A DNA stretch of 63,575 nt, filler included, from Deltaproteobacteria bacterium (GCA_016202395.1; 7 parts of 7 records of this genome joined end to end with filler, not necessarily neighbours in it), one strand, 5' to 3'; positions 1-10,037 are shown, counted from the whole stretch's first letter. Translations and numbers: made by a program. Notes: generated by a model not told the origin, from the letters alone.

Positions 1-792
1 AGTAAGATCTTCACATGAAAAATCGTCACTAAAAGCACATCCAGTAAATGCTATAATTGCTACATACAATGAAAATAGAATTGCTTGAATTAAATTTATT
101 TCAGGGTCTCCAAATATTTGACCAAGAAAACTGATTACAAGTAAGAAAACTGTCCAGAAGGAAATGCAAAGGATTTCGACCGGATCGCATTCTAGTTGTG
201 ATGTCGTGTCAGAGGAGAGCAATATGGAGGAGAGGGTAGTAGGATCTTTTTGCAGTGTTCTTGTCAATTCTAATGTGAAAGTAGTTGCAAAATTATTTAC
301 AGTTGTTTTGTCGAAATTTGTTTGATTCTCGTACAGATATTTTGTTATTTTGTAGAAAATAATGAGAAACGAAGGAGCGGGGTTTGACAATTTCACAATT
401 CCTTCGGTCAAATCCAAAATAGTTCTTTCAGAATCGCTTGATTTTAATTGATATTTTCCACATTTGAAGAATTCCGTTGTGTTTCTTATTCCACATTGAC
501 TGAGTGCATCTTCTAGTTTTTTAAGGCTAGCTGAATCAATAGTAATATCAATTTTTGCCAATCCGTCTCTAATTTCTGATGGAAATTCCCTTTCTAGAAT
601 TTCGAGGTCGGCATTCATCAACGGTACATAATTTTCGAGTAGTTGATTTAGATCTTTTTTATTTAGTAGACTTTCTTTGTCAAGAAAACCACTTGGACTA
701 TAGGGATCCGCATATGATGGGACTGGTCCCCAAGCAAGGCTTGCCATTAATAGGGAGCAGATGGTTAGCTTTAAAAAATGCCATTTTTTCAT
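1..792 (-). CDS. Secreted hypothetical protein, 3'-truncated by window edge (not in ORF track)
   Basis: Manual translation: AGGAG SD then ATG at 792, open for 264 codons to position 1: MKKWHFLKLTICSLLMASLAWGPVPSYA (signal peptide) ... two hydrophobic segments and several Cys near the visible C-end. Confidence 0.85.
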   Translation of the reverse strand, partial: MKKWHFLKLTICSLLMASLAWGPVPSYADPYSPSGFLDKESLLNKKDLNQLLENYVPLMNADLEILEREFPSEIRDGLAKIDITIDSASLKKLEDALSQCGIRNTTEFFKCGKYQLKSSDSERTILDLTEGIVKLSNPAPSFLIIFYKITKYLYENQTNFDKTTVNNFATTFTLELTRTLQKDPTTLSSILLSSDTTSQLECDPVEILCISFWTVFLLVISFLGQIFGDPEINLIQAILFSLYVAIIAFTGCAFSDDFSCEDLT

Positions 793-840
793 TTTGGTCT
801 CCTTTCGTTTGGGATTTTGGATGGTAGCCATGTAAATTTT

Positions 841-857
841 ATGCAAGAAGCGTGCCG
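841..857 (-). promoter_or_regulatory. sigma54 -24/-12 promoter
   Basis: Minus strand CGGCACGCTTCTTGCAT: GG-N10-GC, about 50 nt upstream of ATG 792. Confidence 0.7.
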
Positions 858-1209
858 AAGACAAAAAGGGATGCCCATCTCTTCCTCTTGGATTCCCCTT
901 CTGAAATAAATTCTCTTTCTCTTTCAATGTGTTCTCCTCTTCTCTCCTCACTCAAACCTCCCATTCCAGTGAAAGATTTTATGCGATGCACGATGCCAAC
1001 ATTTTTTACACTCGAAGAGACAAAATCAACGATATGTTCTTGAAAATAAAGTAAAAAATGGTGTGAATCATCCTTCTCATGCCAGGTGTAAAAAAAATGT
1101 ACACTTTCTATCAAGTGAGCGAATTGGGCAAGCGTTAAAAAACAGGGCTGAAAGGTTTTGGAGGGAGGGACAAAATAGCATCCTGTGGAAATCGTGGGTT
1201 TGTATCAAT

Positions 1210-1243
1210 TCTGTTACAAACCTTGTAACAGATCTGTTACAAG
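1210..1243. repeat. 1.5 copies of perfect palindrome TTGTAACAGATCTGTTACAA
   Basis: 1222-1243 is a perfect 22-bp palindrome; 1210-1243 is the exact reverse complement of 36249-36282. Confidence 0.9.
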
Positions 1244-1251
1244 ACTCAAAT

Positions 1252-2754
1252 TTAAGGGGTGAACTTTGCTACCATGATGCCCAGGGGAATGTTTATCCCG
1301 GCAGTATTTTCTTGGTTGAAGAGAATGGAAATCTCAAGTCGATAAAACAAGTAAGAAGAACCATCAACAGTTATAATGTCAGGCGCAAGGTCGTCGAAAT
1401 GGAATGAGTTTAGTTGACCTCCCACCAAACTAGCTAACAAATCACTAAACGCTTGCAAAAGATCTTCGCAGTTTTCTATCGTTATTTGATTATTAGTTGC
1501 TGCAATAGTAGCAATAAAATCTGTTACTGCTTCATCGCACGCTTCAACTTGTTCATCTGTCCAGGACTGAAAAAGTAAGGTGAGAAAATCAGCAATAAGC
1601 TCTTCCGCGTCGAAAGTTAGAGTGTCGAAGAGAGTAGGAATAATGATGTCAGCACGTCGTTGGTATTCACTTTTGCAATCCGACTGAAAAGTCCCAGCAA
1701 AGCCAATACTACAGTCATAAAATCCTAAATGAAGATAGTCTTCAAGGGTTTGCACGGGGGAGATTCCTCCAGTGCAGCCTGTGTAATAAATTTTGCAAAT
1801 GGGCTCCCCTAATTCTGTAGTTTCTTTCACAAAAGAGGGATGACCGACAAACCCCTCATCAAAGGCGCCGATTTCGTTAGATTGGGTTAAGAAAGTTCCC
1901 CCTTTGGTCCAACCCGAGGCCGTTGTGAAGCTTTGAGAGTCCAATTCTACCGCATCTTCAATAGTGGCTTCTGCATAAAGGAGGCAGTAATCCTCGTTTC
2001 CATCCCAACCGCTATAAACCATGCGAAGAGTGTTTCCATCTCGAATCACACTGGGGGCATAAGCCCCGCCGGCGTCACAATCATCTCCGCTTCCTACAGG
2101 AATAATAGGATCTGTCGTGGAGGTCGAAGAAGGATCTCCGTCAACACAACTCCAAGAATCTCCGTTTCCTGTTTCGTCAATACAAAGATGAATTTGGGGG
2201 GTTGTTTCATCGCAGATCATCGTAAGAAACATCAGAAGGGCCGTGCCATTGGAGGTTTCGATTGGGATCACTTCGGGGTCGTTGAGATCACAGCCCTCAT
2301 TGGCTCCATCTAGAACAATCCCTTGGTCTGTATATCTTGGTTGGAATGGCTCTGTTTGGTCTTCACCTAAGACGCTTGTGGAAGTTGCCAAACCAATAGA
2401 GGAGGGGACGCTACCCGTGAATATGTCAATTCCCAAAAGAGCTGCAAGAAGATTATTCCGAATATCAATGAATTGGTTTCCATCAGAAGGCCTCTCGTAC
2501 CAAAGTTTGAAAGGAGCAGTTGTGTCCTCAGGTGTGTACAGAATCGACGGGCTTTTCATGAGAGTGACCATCGGACTCCCTATGATGGCTTCAATGAAGT
2601 TGTCAGGATCTCCAAACGGAACAAATGGCCCCACCGCAGCGGTAGAGGTTTCAACGGTCAACTCCTCAGGTTCAAAATCCTGTCGGGAGCATCCTAAAAG
2701 GGCATACGCAAGCACGAATATGAGAGGAAATTTTATGGTCGAGTTTCTTTTCAT
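1252..2754 (-). CDS. Acidic Cys-rich lipoprotein, possible beta-propeller (GH32/GH43-like blade motifs)
   Basis: Lipobox LLGC at residue 22; blade-like motifs DPEVI, APSVIRDG..LRMVYSG, FDEGFVGHPSFVK; ~12 further Cys. Confidence 0.6.
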   Translation of the reverse strand: MKRNSTIKFPLIFVLAYALLGCSRQDFEPEELTVETSTAAVGPFVPFGDPDNFIEAIIGSPMVTLMKSPSILYTPEDTTAPFKLWYERPSDGNQFIDIRNNLLAALLGIDIFTGSVPSSIGLATSTSVLGEDQTEPFQPRYTDQGIVLDGANEGCDLNDPEVIPIETSNGTALLMFLTMICDETTPQIHLCIDETGNGDSWSCVDGDPSSTSTTDPIIPVGSGDDCDAGGAYAPSVIRDGNTLRMVYSGWDGNEDYCLLYAEATIEDAVELDSQSFTTASGWTKGGTFLTQSNEIGAFDEGFVGHPSFVKETTELGEPICKIYYTGCTGGISPVQTLEDYLHLGFYDCSIGFAGTFQSDCKSEYQRRADIIIPTLFDTLTFDAEELIADFLTLLFQSWTDEQVEACDEAVTDFIATIAATNNQITIENCEDLLQAFSDLLASLVGGQLNSFHFDDLAPDIITVDGSSYLFYRLEISILFNQENTAGINIPLGIMVAKFTP

Positions 2755-4119
2755 CTAAAACCTCAATGTTAACGTGGTTCCCACTCCGATAATATCACCT
2801 TCAGCCTCCCAACTGCCAACAGGATCTGTGGCGGCTGATTTTTTCGCCTCTTCTCGGGGAAAAAGGGTGTAGGTTCCATGGACATCCAAAGAGACGGGAG
2901 CCGGCAAAATCTCTGTAAAGTTAATGCCGGTAATTCCTAAGCCTGCCGAGAAGGTGTGTGTGTCATGATCAATAAAGTTAAGTTCCCCGGTTTGTTCCGG
3001 CACAGGGCTCGGTTGAAAATAATATCCCAAGCGGAGATCGATCTGGGCTTTAGGAGAGGGATGCAGGCTGTATTCCAGGCCGGCTCGAACCGCCACAACA
3101 TCCTTGAAATTGGCCTCGATATCTTCGGCGGTGGCCACGGAAGCCTCCGAGCCGGTGATGTTTATGGTAATTCCATTAGTGGAGGCAAAGTTATCGAATT
3201 CCGACCAACGTCGCAAAGTAAAGTCTGTCAATAGACGGAGTGGAAATTTGAAATAATCCTGGAAATTGTAATGGAACCCTAAAGCATATTCCGTCGGATA
3301 CCACCCCATATAGGCGCTGATCACGGTATCCACAGTGATAACACCATCAGCCTCTCCAAGATTGACATTGATTGTAAAAGGAGAAGCGAGTTTTAGGAAG
3401 GTCTTATGGCGATAACTAATTCCCATTTCTAAGGGATTCAAGGCCTCAGATATAAAACCAAAATCCACTAGTGCTCCCGCTGTAAGAAAAGGATCGGGGG
3501 AACCCAGATTCAGATCTACAAGGGAGTCTCCGCTTAAGCCCTCTCCCGCAGCATTGACATCGAGCGCAATGTTTAATTTATCTCCACTATCGGCAATCTG
3601 AGCGCCGGCTCCTAGCGAGAGGTGCTTGGTCACCTCAAAGCCACTTGAAACATAGATTAAGTCTGTGCCAGAAATGAGATTTTCATAAATTAGGAATCGA
3701 GGTGTGCTTTGAGCAAGAAGTGTGAGTCGTTGTAAGTATTGGTCATGAACGATAGTGCCCAGGCCGATGGTAGCCGTTCTTCCCATCACTTTGAGAGGGA
3801 TAGCGAGCATAAAATCGAATCCCCGAGCCTCCTCTATCTCGTGATCCTCACCGTTGAATTGAAGATCAGGAAAGGTCCAGAAATGGCCGATTTCAAAGGT
3901 AGCGTGTTCTAATGTTCCTAACGCTCCTGGATTGTAAAAGATACTGGAGGCATCGTTGCTCATGGCGGTGAAAGCTCCCCCCATCGATGCGGCTCGGGAA
4001 CCGAAGCCAAAGGTATGATTTTTAGCGCTGTAAGAATAAGCCACTTGAACTCCAACGAGTTCGAACAGCGCGAAAATCGAGAGCAAAAGAACAAGATATT
4101 TTGTGTGTGAGATCTTCAT
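2755..4119 (-). CDS. OmpP1/FadL/TodX-family outer membrane transporter
   Basis: Signal peptide, GFGSRAASMGGAFTAMSNDASSIFYNPGAL hatch motif, C-terminal Phe (LTLRF). Confidence 0.9.
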   Translation of the reverse strand: MKISHTKYLVLLLSIFALFELVGVQVAYSYSAKNHTFGFGSRAASMGGAFTAMSNDASSIFYNPGALGTLEHATFEIGHFWTFPDLQFNGEDHEIEEARGFDFMLAIPLKVMGRTATIGLGTIVHDQYLQRLTLLAQSTPRFLIYENLISGTDLIYVSSGFEVTKHLSLGAGAQIADSGDKLNIALDVNAAGEGLSGDSLVDLNLGSPDPFLTAGALVDFGFISEALNPLEMGISYRHKTFLKLASPFTINVNLGEADGVITVDTVISAYMGWYPTEYALGFHYNFQDYFKFPLRLLTDFTLRRWSEFDNFASTNGITINITGSEASVATAEDIEANFKDVVAVRAGLEYSLHPSPKAQIDLRLGYYFQPSPVPEQTGELNFIDHDTHTFSAGLGITGINFTEILPAPVSLDVHGTYTLFPREEAKKSAATDPVGSWEAEGDIIGVGTTLTLRF

Positions 4120-4122
4120 CGT

Positions 4123-5427
4123 TTAAAATCGAATCGTTGCGCTAAATCCTGCCACCCAAAAACTCCCCTCCGTGTCTGTGGTTGTTCCATCGTCTTTCGT
4201 CACTTTACGATCTTCAAGCAAATGATACTGCAAAGAGAGATCGGCTGAAAATGGGGGATCCAATTCGCTCTTGAAAAATTTTCCAATCACTAATCCCGCC
4301 CCAGCTGTGATCACATGTTGATCGTTATCTAGAAGGTTGGTTTCCCCTGTTTGTGGGGGGACAGGGGATTCTTCAAACCAGTATCCCGCTCTTGCAATAA
4401 AATGATCCTTCTCATCGGGGAAGAAGGTGTATTCGAGGCCCGCTCGTGGGACATAGGTGTCTTTGAATTTTATCTCCGGAGCGATGATGTCGAGATCGAG
4501 ACCGAGGTCGTCGATGATCCCACCAAAAGGGATTGTCACATAAGGAGAGGGGATGCTCGACCAGTTTTTCCATGTGATGTCGGTTGCGAACAAAAGACTT
4601 TTGCCAAAAAGATAAGAAGCGCCTAGGGCCGCTTGCTCCGGGTCGACGGAGAGATCTTGGTTAATGACAAACGGAATCGATATGCCCGAGAGCACAATAG
4701 AAGTAGAAAGTCGATTCTCGATGTCATTCTGAGTTCTGTAAACCGCCCCAATGCGTAACCTTTTCAGGGAAGGGGACCACTGGCCCGGCTCTAAAAAGAT
4801 TCCTCCGAGTGGGGAGATTGCTAAGAGACCCGCAAGATCGGATGAAACGGTGCCCGCTCCCGAAGCGTCTGATCCCAAATCAAAAGACATCCGATTCATG
4901 TGCAGCAGCCCCGACGCCCCTCCCCCAATGGAGAGTCCCTTGAGCAGCCGAATCCCTAAGATTACATTGGCTGCCATTCGTTGGGCATCTTCGTAGCGAA
5001 AATAGAACGGTTGTGCAGTGCGAGGAGTGACGTGTTCTTGCAAAAGTTTTGGCATCCCTAGATGGACACCTAACCCAAAATAGATGCGATTGGTTAGGAA
5101 CCCTCCAAAGGGGACCTTAATGCCAATTCCAAGATCTGCCCCTTGCCACTCCCGAATGGATTGTTCGCTCCCATTAAAGTCGATGGCGAACTGTCCGTAG
5201 ACTCCTCCAACAACAGCGCTTGCTTTATCCACTTGGGTAATCCCCGCGGGGTTGTAGAAGACAGCAGAGCCATCATCGGCCACACCCGTGAAAGCGCTTC
5301 CCATTCCAGAAGCTCGCGCTCCAAGGCCAAAATTGTCCCAAGATCCCGAGGCATGGGTGGGGTGCGGAATCAAGGCCGAGCCCGCACACAGGAGGAGACC
5401 CAAAGTTAATTTCAGAAGCTTCCGCAT
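4123..5427 (-). CDS. OmpP1/FadL/TodX-family outer membrane transporter (start revised to MRKLLK)
   Basis: GLGARASGMGSAFTGVADDGSAVFYNPAG motif, C-terminal ATIRF; ATG 5427 gives a clean signal peptide and lies downstream of a sigma54 promoter. Confidence 0.9.
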   Translation of the reverse strand: MRKLLKLTLGLLLCAGSALIPHPTHASGSWDNFGLGARASGMGSAFTGVADDGSAVFYNPAGITQVDKASAVVGGVYGQFAIDFNGSEQSIREWQGADLGIGIKVPFGGFLTNRIYFGLGVHLGMPKLLQEHVTPRTAQPFYFRYEDAQRMAANVILGIRLLKGLSIGGGASGLLHMNRMSFDLGSDASGAGTVSSDLAGLLAISPLGGIFLEPGQWSPSLKRLRIGAVYRTQNDIENRLSTSIVLSGISIPFVINQDLSVDPEQAALGASYLFGKSLLFATDITWKNWSSIPSPYVTIPFGGIIDDLGLDLDIIAPEIKFKDTYVPRAGLEYTFFPDEKDHFIARAGYWFEESPVPPQTGETNLLDNDQHVITAGAGLVIGKFFKSELDPPFSADLSLQYHLLEDRKVTKDDGTTTDTEGSFWVAGFSATIRF

Positions 5428-5449
5428 GAGTGGAGTTACCCTAGAACCA

Positions 5450-5465
5450 TGCAAAATATATGCCA
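5450..5465 (-). promoter_or_regulatory. sigma54 -24/-12 promoter for fadL-like operon
   Basis: Minus strand TGGCATATATTTTGCA: GG-N10-GC; AT-rich upstream region. Confidence 0.7.
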
Positions 5466-5693
5466 TTTCTCTGCATTTCAACGTAAATCAACGCGAAAAA
5501 GAACAATCAATCGATAACTGTTGGATTGTAAATATATTTTTGTTCTAAGCTTCTGTCAACCCAAAAGTGAAAAAAAGGTGAAAATTATCGAGCCATTGTG
5601 AAAAAAATTTACAGGTTGAAGTCAAGAAATAGGGATAACTTCATGATAAAATTGAGTTATTTCGTTGTAACAAAATTTAACACCCACCTGTAA

Positions 5694-6734
5694 TCAATTG
5701 TTTACACTTTTCGTCAGGAGGACCTTGCCGATGTTCTTTCGGTCTTGGATGTAATGATGGGCTTGAGCGGCCCCTTTGGCGGTGAGAGCAAATTTTTCGG
5801 AGAGGATCGGCTTCACTTTTCCCCCCTCCATTTCTTTAAGGATCTCTCCCATGGCAGCGCCACAGCGCTCCGGGAGATGCCAGAGACGGCCGAGATTAAT
5901 TCCGGAGATGCCAATGTTTCGTTGCATCAAGGTCATGGGATGAACGAATGGGAGCATCATCATCTCTTTTGCGGCTGAAACGATATTCCGTTTCTTGTGG
6001 GTAACGAGGCTGGAGGCTCCGTAAACAACGATCCTGCCCAACGGCGCCAGCAGTTTGATATGTTTTCTCAAAGCGGAACCGGTGATAGGATCCAGGATAA
6101 GATCAACCCCTTTTCCATGGGTCTTTTCAGGGACGATCTCAAGATAATCCTGTTCTTGGTAGTTTATTGGATGTTGCACACCGAGTTTTTTAAGAAACTC
6201 CACCTTCGCAGAAGAGCCGCAAGTAGCAAAAATTTCTAAGCCCCGTTCGCGAGCCATCTGGATCGCTGCGGTTCCAACCCCTCCGGCCCCCATGAGAATC
6301 AGAACACGCTCTCCGCGGCGGGCGTTCCCCATGTCAAAGAGGGTAAGATAGGCTGTCAAGAAATTTACAGGGATTGCCGCAGCTTGATCTGGTTTCAAGA
6401 ACGAGGGGAGTTTGTAAACAAAGCGATAGTCGGTTTTCACCTGATCGGCGTAGCCCCAGAAGGGGGTCAGCGCAAAAACAGACTCGCCCACTTGGAATGT
6501 TGTCACTTGGGAGCCTGTTTGAATGACGCAGCCTGCAACCTCGTAGCCAGGAGCAAAAGGGAGTTTGGGAGCGTCGGGGTAGAGCCCCATTCGTCCCATA
6601 ATATCGGCAAAATTCACCCCTGCGGCTTCAACCTCGATCAAAACCTCGGTCGGCTTTAATTCTGGGTCAGGGAGTTGGCGCTCTTCAAAAACCTCCGGTT
6701 CCCCATGTTTTGGAATCACGATAGCTTTCATCAT
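5694..6734 (-). CDS. NADPH:quinone oxidoreductase / VAT-1-like medium-chain reductase
   Basis: AAGVNFAD, GYEVAG, GAGGVG nucleotide-binding motif, C-terminal NIGKVLL. Confidence 0.85.
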   Translation of the reverse strand: MMKAIVIPKHGEPEVFEERQLPDPELKPTEVLIEVEAAGVNFADIMGRMGLYPDAPKLPFAPGYEVAGCVIQTGSQVTTFQVGESVFALTPFWGYADQVKTDYRFVYKLPSFLKPDQAAAIPVNFLTAYLTLFDMGNARRGERVLILMGAGGVGTAAIQMARERGLEIFATCGSSAKVEFLKKLGVQHPINYQEQDYLEIVPEKTHGKGVDLILDPITGSALRKHIKLLAPLGRIVVYGASSLVTHKKRNIVSAAKEMMMLPFVHPMTLMQRNIGISGINLGRLWHLPERCGAAMGEILKEMEGGKVKPILSEKFALTAKGAAQAHHYIQDRKNIGKVLLTKSVNN

Positions 6735-6830
6735 TGTGTCACTCTATCACGGTCTTATCTCCTTGTCATCCAATCCTTGACAAATTCTTGACAAAAATTG
6801 TGAGGTTTGTTAAACAATCTCTACTTTTTT

Positions 6831-7295
6831 ATGCTAAAAATATCCACTAAAGCTCGCTATAGCGTTCGAGCCGTTTTCGATATGGCCTATCATAATGCCG
6901 GAGAGCCGAGTCGTGTGAGGGAGATCTCTGAGCGTCAAGGAATCTCCGCCAGATATTTAGAACAGATCTTCCAGTCATTGCGAAGAGGTGGTATTTTAAA
7001 AAGCCGTCGGGGGCCCCATGGGGGATATTATCTGTCTCGATCTTTGTCGGAGATTAAGGTTGCCGACGTTATCCGTGCGGCGGAAGGGAGTCTGGTCCGT
7101 TCTTTTAAAGCGGGTCGGAGGAAAAAGATGGAGCTTCCTATCACGGAGGTCTATCTTTCCAAAGAGGTATGGCAGGAGGTGGAAAGGGTTGTTGAAGAGC
7201 GGTTGGAGGAGATCGATCTTGAAACCCTTTGTGAAAAAGGGCGTCAAGCGGGGCTTCCCAGTGAACTAGAAAAAAAGGTAATGTATTTTATTTAA
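6831..7295 (+). CDS. cymR: Rrf2-family transcriptional regulator, CymR-like
   Basis: KISTKARY, YLEQIF, SRRGPHGGYYL; lacks IscR Cys triad; ends MYFI; directly upstream of cysK. Confidence 0.75.
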   Translation: MLKISTKARYSVRAVFDMAYHNAGEPSRVREISERQGISARYLEQIFQSLRRGGILKSRRGPHGGYYLSRSLSEIKVADVIRAAEGSLVRSFKAGRRKKMELPITEVYLSKEVWQEVERVVEERLEEIDLETLCEKGRQAGLPSELEKKVMYFI

Positions 7296-7320
7296 GATCC
7301 CATCGTGGAAGGATTTTTTT

Positions 7321-8247
7321 ATGACAGATGACAAACGGACAGTTCTAGATCTTATTGGAAAAACGCCGATGCTGCTTCTTCATCGAATGGTTCCGAAAGG
7401 AGGCGCCTGCGTCTTTGTGAAGCTGGAGTACTTTAATCCGGGTGGAAGCGTTAAGGATCGGATCGCGCGGAACATGGTCGAGGATGCGGAAAGACGCGGG
7501 GCTCTCAAGCCAGGAGCAACGATTGTGGAGCCTACTAGCGGAAACACCGGAATTGGCTTGGCGTTGGTGGCTGCGGTTAAAGGGTACCGGCTCATTCTTA
7601 CGATGCCGGAGGGGATGAGTTTAGAGCGTCGATCTGTCCTTCAGGCCTTTGGAGCGGAGGTGATCCTCACACCCGCCGATCGGGGGATGGTCGATGCCGT
7701 AGAGAAGGCTCAAGAGATCGTCTCACAACATTCAGGCTATTTTATACCGTTGCAATTCGAAAACCCAGCCAATCCTGAAATCCATCGCAAGACCACGGGG
7801 CCTGAGATCTTAGAATGGATGGGGGAGCGACCGGTCGATGCCTTTGTCGCAGGGGTTGGAACCGGTGGAACCTTGACCGGTGTAGGAGAGGTTCTCAAAG
7901 CCAAGAATTCTTCTACCAAAATCGTTGCGGTGGAGCCTAAGAGCTCTTCTGTTCTTTCGGGAGGTCGCCCTGGGCCTCATCGAATTCAGGGGATCGGCGC
8001 CGGTTTCATCCCAAAAGTTTTGAACACCAAGATTATTGATGAAGTCGTTGCGGTGACGGATGAGGAGGCTTATCACACCGCGAAACGGATGGCCCACGTC
8101 GAAGGATTGCTGATCGGCATTTCGGCAGGGGCGGCGATCTGCGCCGCTTTAAAAGTGGCGGAGCGTTTGGACGCAGGGAAAAATGTGGTGACCGTTGTTC
8201 CCGATTCGGGGGAGCGATATCCAAGCATGGGGAGACTTTTTGAATGA
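7321..8247 (+). CDS. cysK: Cysteine synthase A
   Basis: NPGGSVKDR PLP-Lys, PTSGNTG, GVGTGGT, PGPHRIQGIGAGF. Confidence 0.93.
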   Translation: MTDDKRTVLDLIGKTPMLLLHRMVPKGGACVFVKLEYFNPGGSVKDRIARNMVEDAERRGALKPGATIVEPTSGNTGIGLALVAAVKGYRLILTMPEGMSLERRSVLQAFGAEVILTPADRGMVDAVEKAQEIVSQHSGYFIPLQFENPANPEIHRKTTGPEILEWMGERPVDAFVAGVGTGGTLTGVGEVLKAKNSSTKIVAVEPKSSSVLSGGRPGPHRIQGIGAGFIPKVLNTKIIDEVVAVTDEEAYHTAKRMAHVEGLLIGISAGAAICAALKVAERLDAGKNVVTVVPDSGERYPSMGRLFE

Positions 8248-9470
8248 GTTACGTTAAAGGCCTAAAATGTCGAGAATGTGGGAGACCCTTCCCTAAAGAG
8301 CCACTCCATGTGTGTGAGTTCTGCTTTGGCCCTTTGGAGGTCGACTATCTTTACGACAAGATTGAGAAAGCCCTCTCTCGAGACAGAATCGAGTCGCGAG
8401 AGCCGAACATGTGGCGTTATCGGGAACTCTTACCCTTGGATGGCGATCCGATCGTTGGGACTCAGGCCGGTTATACCCCTTTAATTCGAGCCAAGAATTT
8501 GGCTCAGGCTTTGAAGGTGAAGGAACTCTACATCAAGAACGATGCCGTTTGCTATCCAAGCCTCTCTTTTAAAGATCGGGTCGTCTCAGTTGCCATCTCA
8601 AAGGCGGTGGAGTTTGATTTTAAGGTGGTTGCGTGCGCTTCCACAGGGAATCTTGCCAACTCGGTGGCGGCCCATGCCGCTGCAGGAGGGATCCAAAGTT
8701 ACATCTTCGTTCCGCACGATCTGGAGCAAGGAAAGATTTTGGGGACTTTGGTTTATGGAGCCCATCTGATTGGAGTTCGAGGGAATTACGACGAGGTCAA
8801 CCGTTTGTGTTCGGAGGTCGCAGGGAAATATGGATGGGCCTTCGTCAATATCAATATTCGCCCCTATTACGCCGAAGGATCCAAGACCTTTGGCTACGAG
8901 ATCATGGAACAGTTGGGGTGGAAGATGCCACAGCACATTGTCGTTCCGATGGCGGGAGGATCGTTGATTACCAAGATTAACAAGGCCTTTAAGGAATTTG
9001 CCATGTTGGGTTTGGTGAAGGATATTCATCCGAAAGTTTATGGAGCCCAGGCGGCCGGTTGCGCTCCCATCGTGACCGCCATTCATGAAGAGTCGGAGCT
9101 TTTTCGACCGGTAAAACCCAAGACAATCGCGAAATCGCTTGCCATCGGAAACCCTGCCGATGGTTTCTATGCGATGGGGGTGATGCGGCAATCGAAAGGG
9201 TGGGGGGAGATCGCCACCGACGAAGAGATTGTCGAGGCCATGATTCTCTTGGCGGAGACCGAGGGGATCTTTACGGAGACTGCCGGTGGCGTCACTGTGG
9301 CCGCCGCGAAGAAACTGATTGATCAGGGCAGGATTCCTCACGATGAATCGGTTGTGATTTCGATCACGGGGAATGGGCTTAAGACACAGGAAGTTATCTC
9401 AGAACATCTTTCCAAGGTTAAAGTGATAGGTCCTCATCTACGAGAGTTCGATGAACTCATGAAGCAATAA
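8244..9470 (+). CDS. Threonine synthase-like PLP enzyme (possible O-phosphohomoserine sulfhydrylase)
   Basis: N-terminal CxxC..CxxC, SFKDR, ASTGN, SLAIGNP, ITGNGLK; followed by sulfur carrier gene. Confidence 0.8.
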   Translation: MSYVKGLKCRECGRPFPKEPLHVCEFCFGPLEVDYLYDKIEKALSRDRIESREPNMWRYRELLPLDGDPIVGTQAGYTPLIRAKNLAQALKVKELYIKNDAVCYPSLSFKDRVVSVAISKAVEFDFKVVACASTGNLANSVAAHAAAGGIQSYIFVPHDLEQGKILGTLVYGAHLIGVRGNYDEVNRLCSEVAGKYGWAFVNINIRPYYAEGSKTFGYEIMEQLGWKMPQHIVVPMAGGSLITKINKAFKEFAMLGLVKDIHPKVYGAQAAGCAPIVTAIHEESELFRPVKPKTIAKSLAIGNPADGFYAMGVMRQSKGWGEIATDEEIVEAMILLAETEGIFTETAGGVTVAAAKKLIDQGRIPHDESVVISITGNGLKTQEVISEHLSKVKVIGPHLREFDELMKQ

Positions 9471-9480
9471 GGAGGTCAAC

Positions 9481-9762
9481 ATGGCAGTTAAAGTGCGAAT
9501 TCCCACTCCTCTTCGTCAGTTAACCCAAGGGAAAGAAGAGGTGGAGGTTCAAGCAGCGAACGTTGAAGAGTTAATCCGGGGTTTGGAATCCCAGTACAAA
9601 GGGATTCGGGAGCGTCTGTGCGATGAAAAGGGGCAGGTCCGACGCTTCGTGAATGTTTATGTGAACAACGAGGATATCCGATTCTTGAAGAACCTCGATA
9701 CCCCTCTAAGGAGTGGAGACGAGGTCTCCATTGTTCCTGCGATCGCAGGGGGGAGGGACTAA
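9481..9762 (+). CDS. MoaD/ThiS/CysO ubiquitin-like sulfur carrier protein
   Basis: [33 protein letters not shown] followed by RD extension. Confidence 0.92.
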   Translation: MAVKVRIPTPLRQLTQGKEEVEVQAANVEELIRGLESQYKGIRERLCDEKGQVRRFVNVYVNNEDIRFLKNLDTPLRSGDEVSIVPAIAGGRD

Positions 9763-10037
9763 TGCCTCGTTCATCGAGTCGCGGCAAGAAAAAAGGGGAG
9801 ACCCGGAAATTTTATCTCACTTACCCGCAAAAACTCATCCGGAAACCGCTCATTTATGAGTTGATTAAAAGGTTTGATCTAGTCGTCAACATTCGGAACA
9901 GCTCCGTCACCGAAGAGGTTGGATTGATTGCCGTGGAGCTCTCGGGGCCTTCCGGTGCGATCGAAAAAGGGGTTCAGTGGTTGCGCAGCGAGGGGGTTCA
10001 AGTCGATCCGATTGAACAGAGCATCGTTGAGGGATGA
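9762..10037 (+). CDS. Stand-alone NIL domain protein
   Basis: LTYP..LIRKPLIYEL...DLVVNIR.SSV...GLIAVELSG pattern typical of NIL domains; translationally coupled both sides. Confidence 0.8.
   Translation: MPRSSSRGKKKGETRKFYLTYPQKLIRKPLIYELIKRFDLVVNIRNSSVTEEVGLIAVELSGPSGAIEKGVQWLRSEGVQVDPIEQSIVEG

Noticed and set aside
979-1000. Second sigma54-like box TGGCATCGTGCATCGC
   Set aside because: GG to GC spacing is 11, not the required 10
579-1407. Short ORFs 579-827, 839-1114, 852-1043, 1063-1407
   Set aside because: Antisense to real genes or overlapping promoter and low-complexity DNA; no motifs
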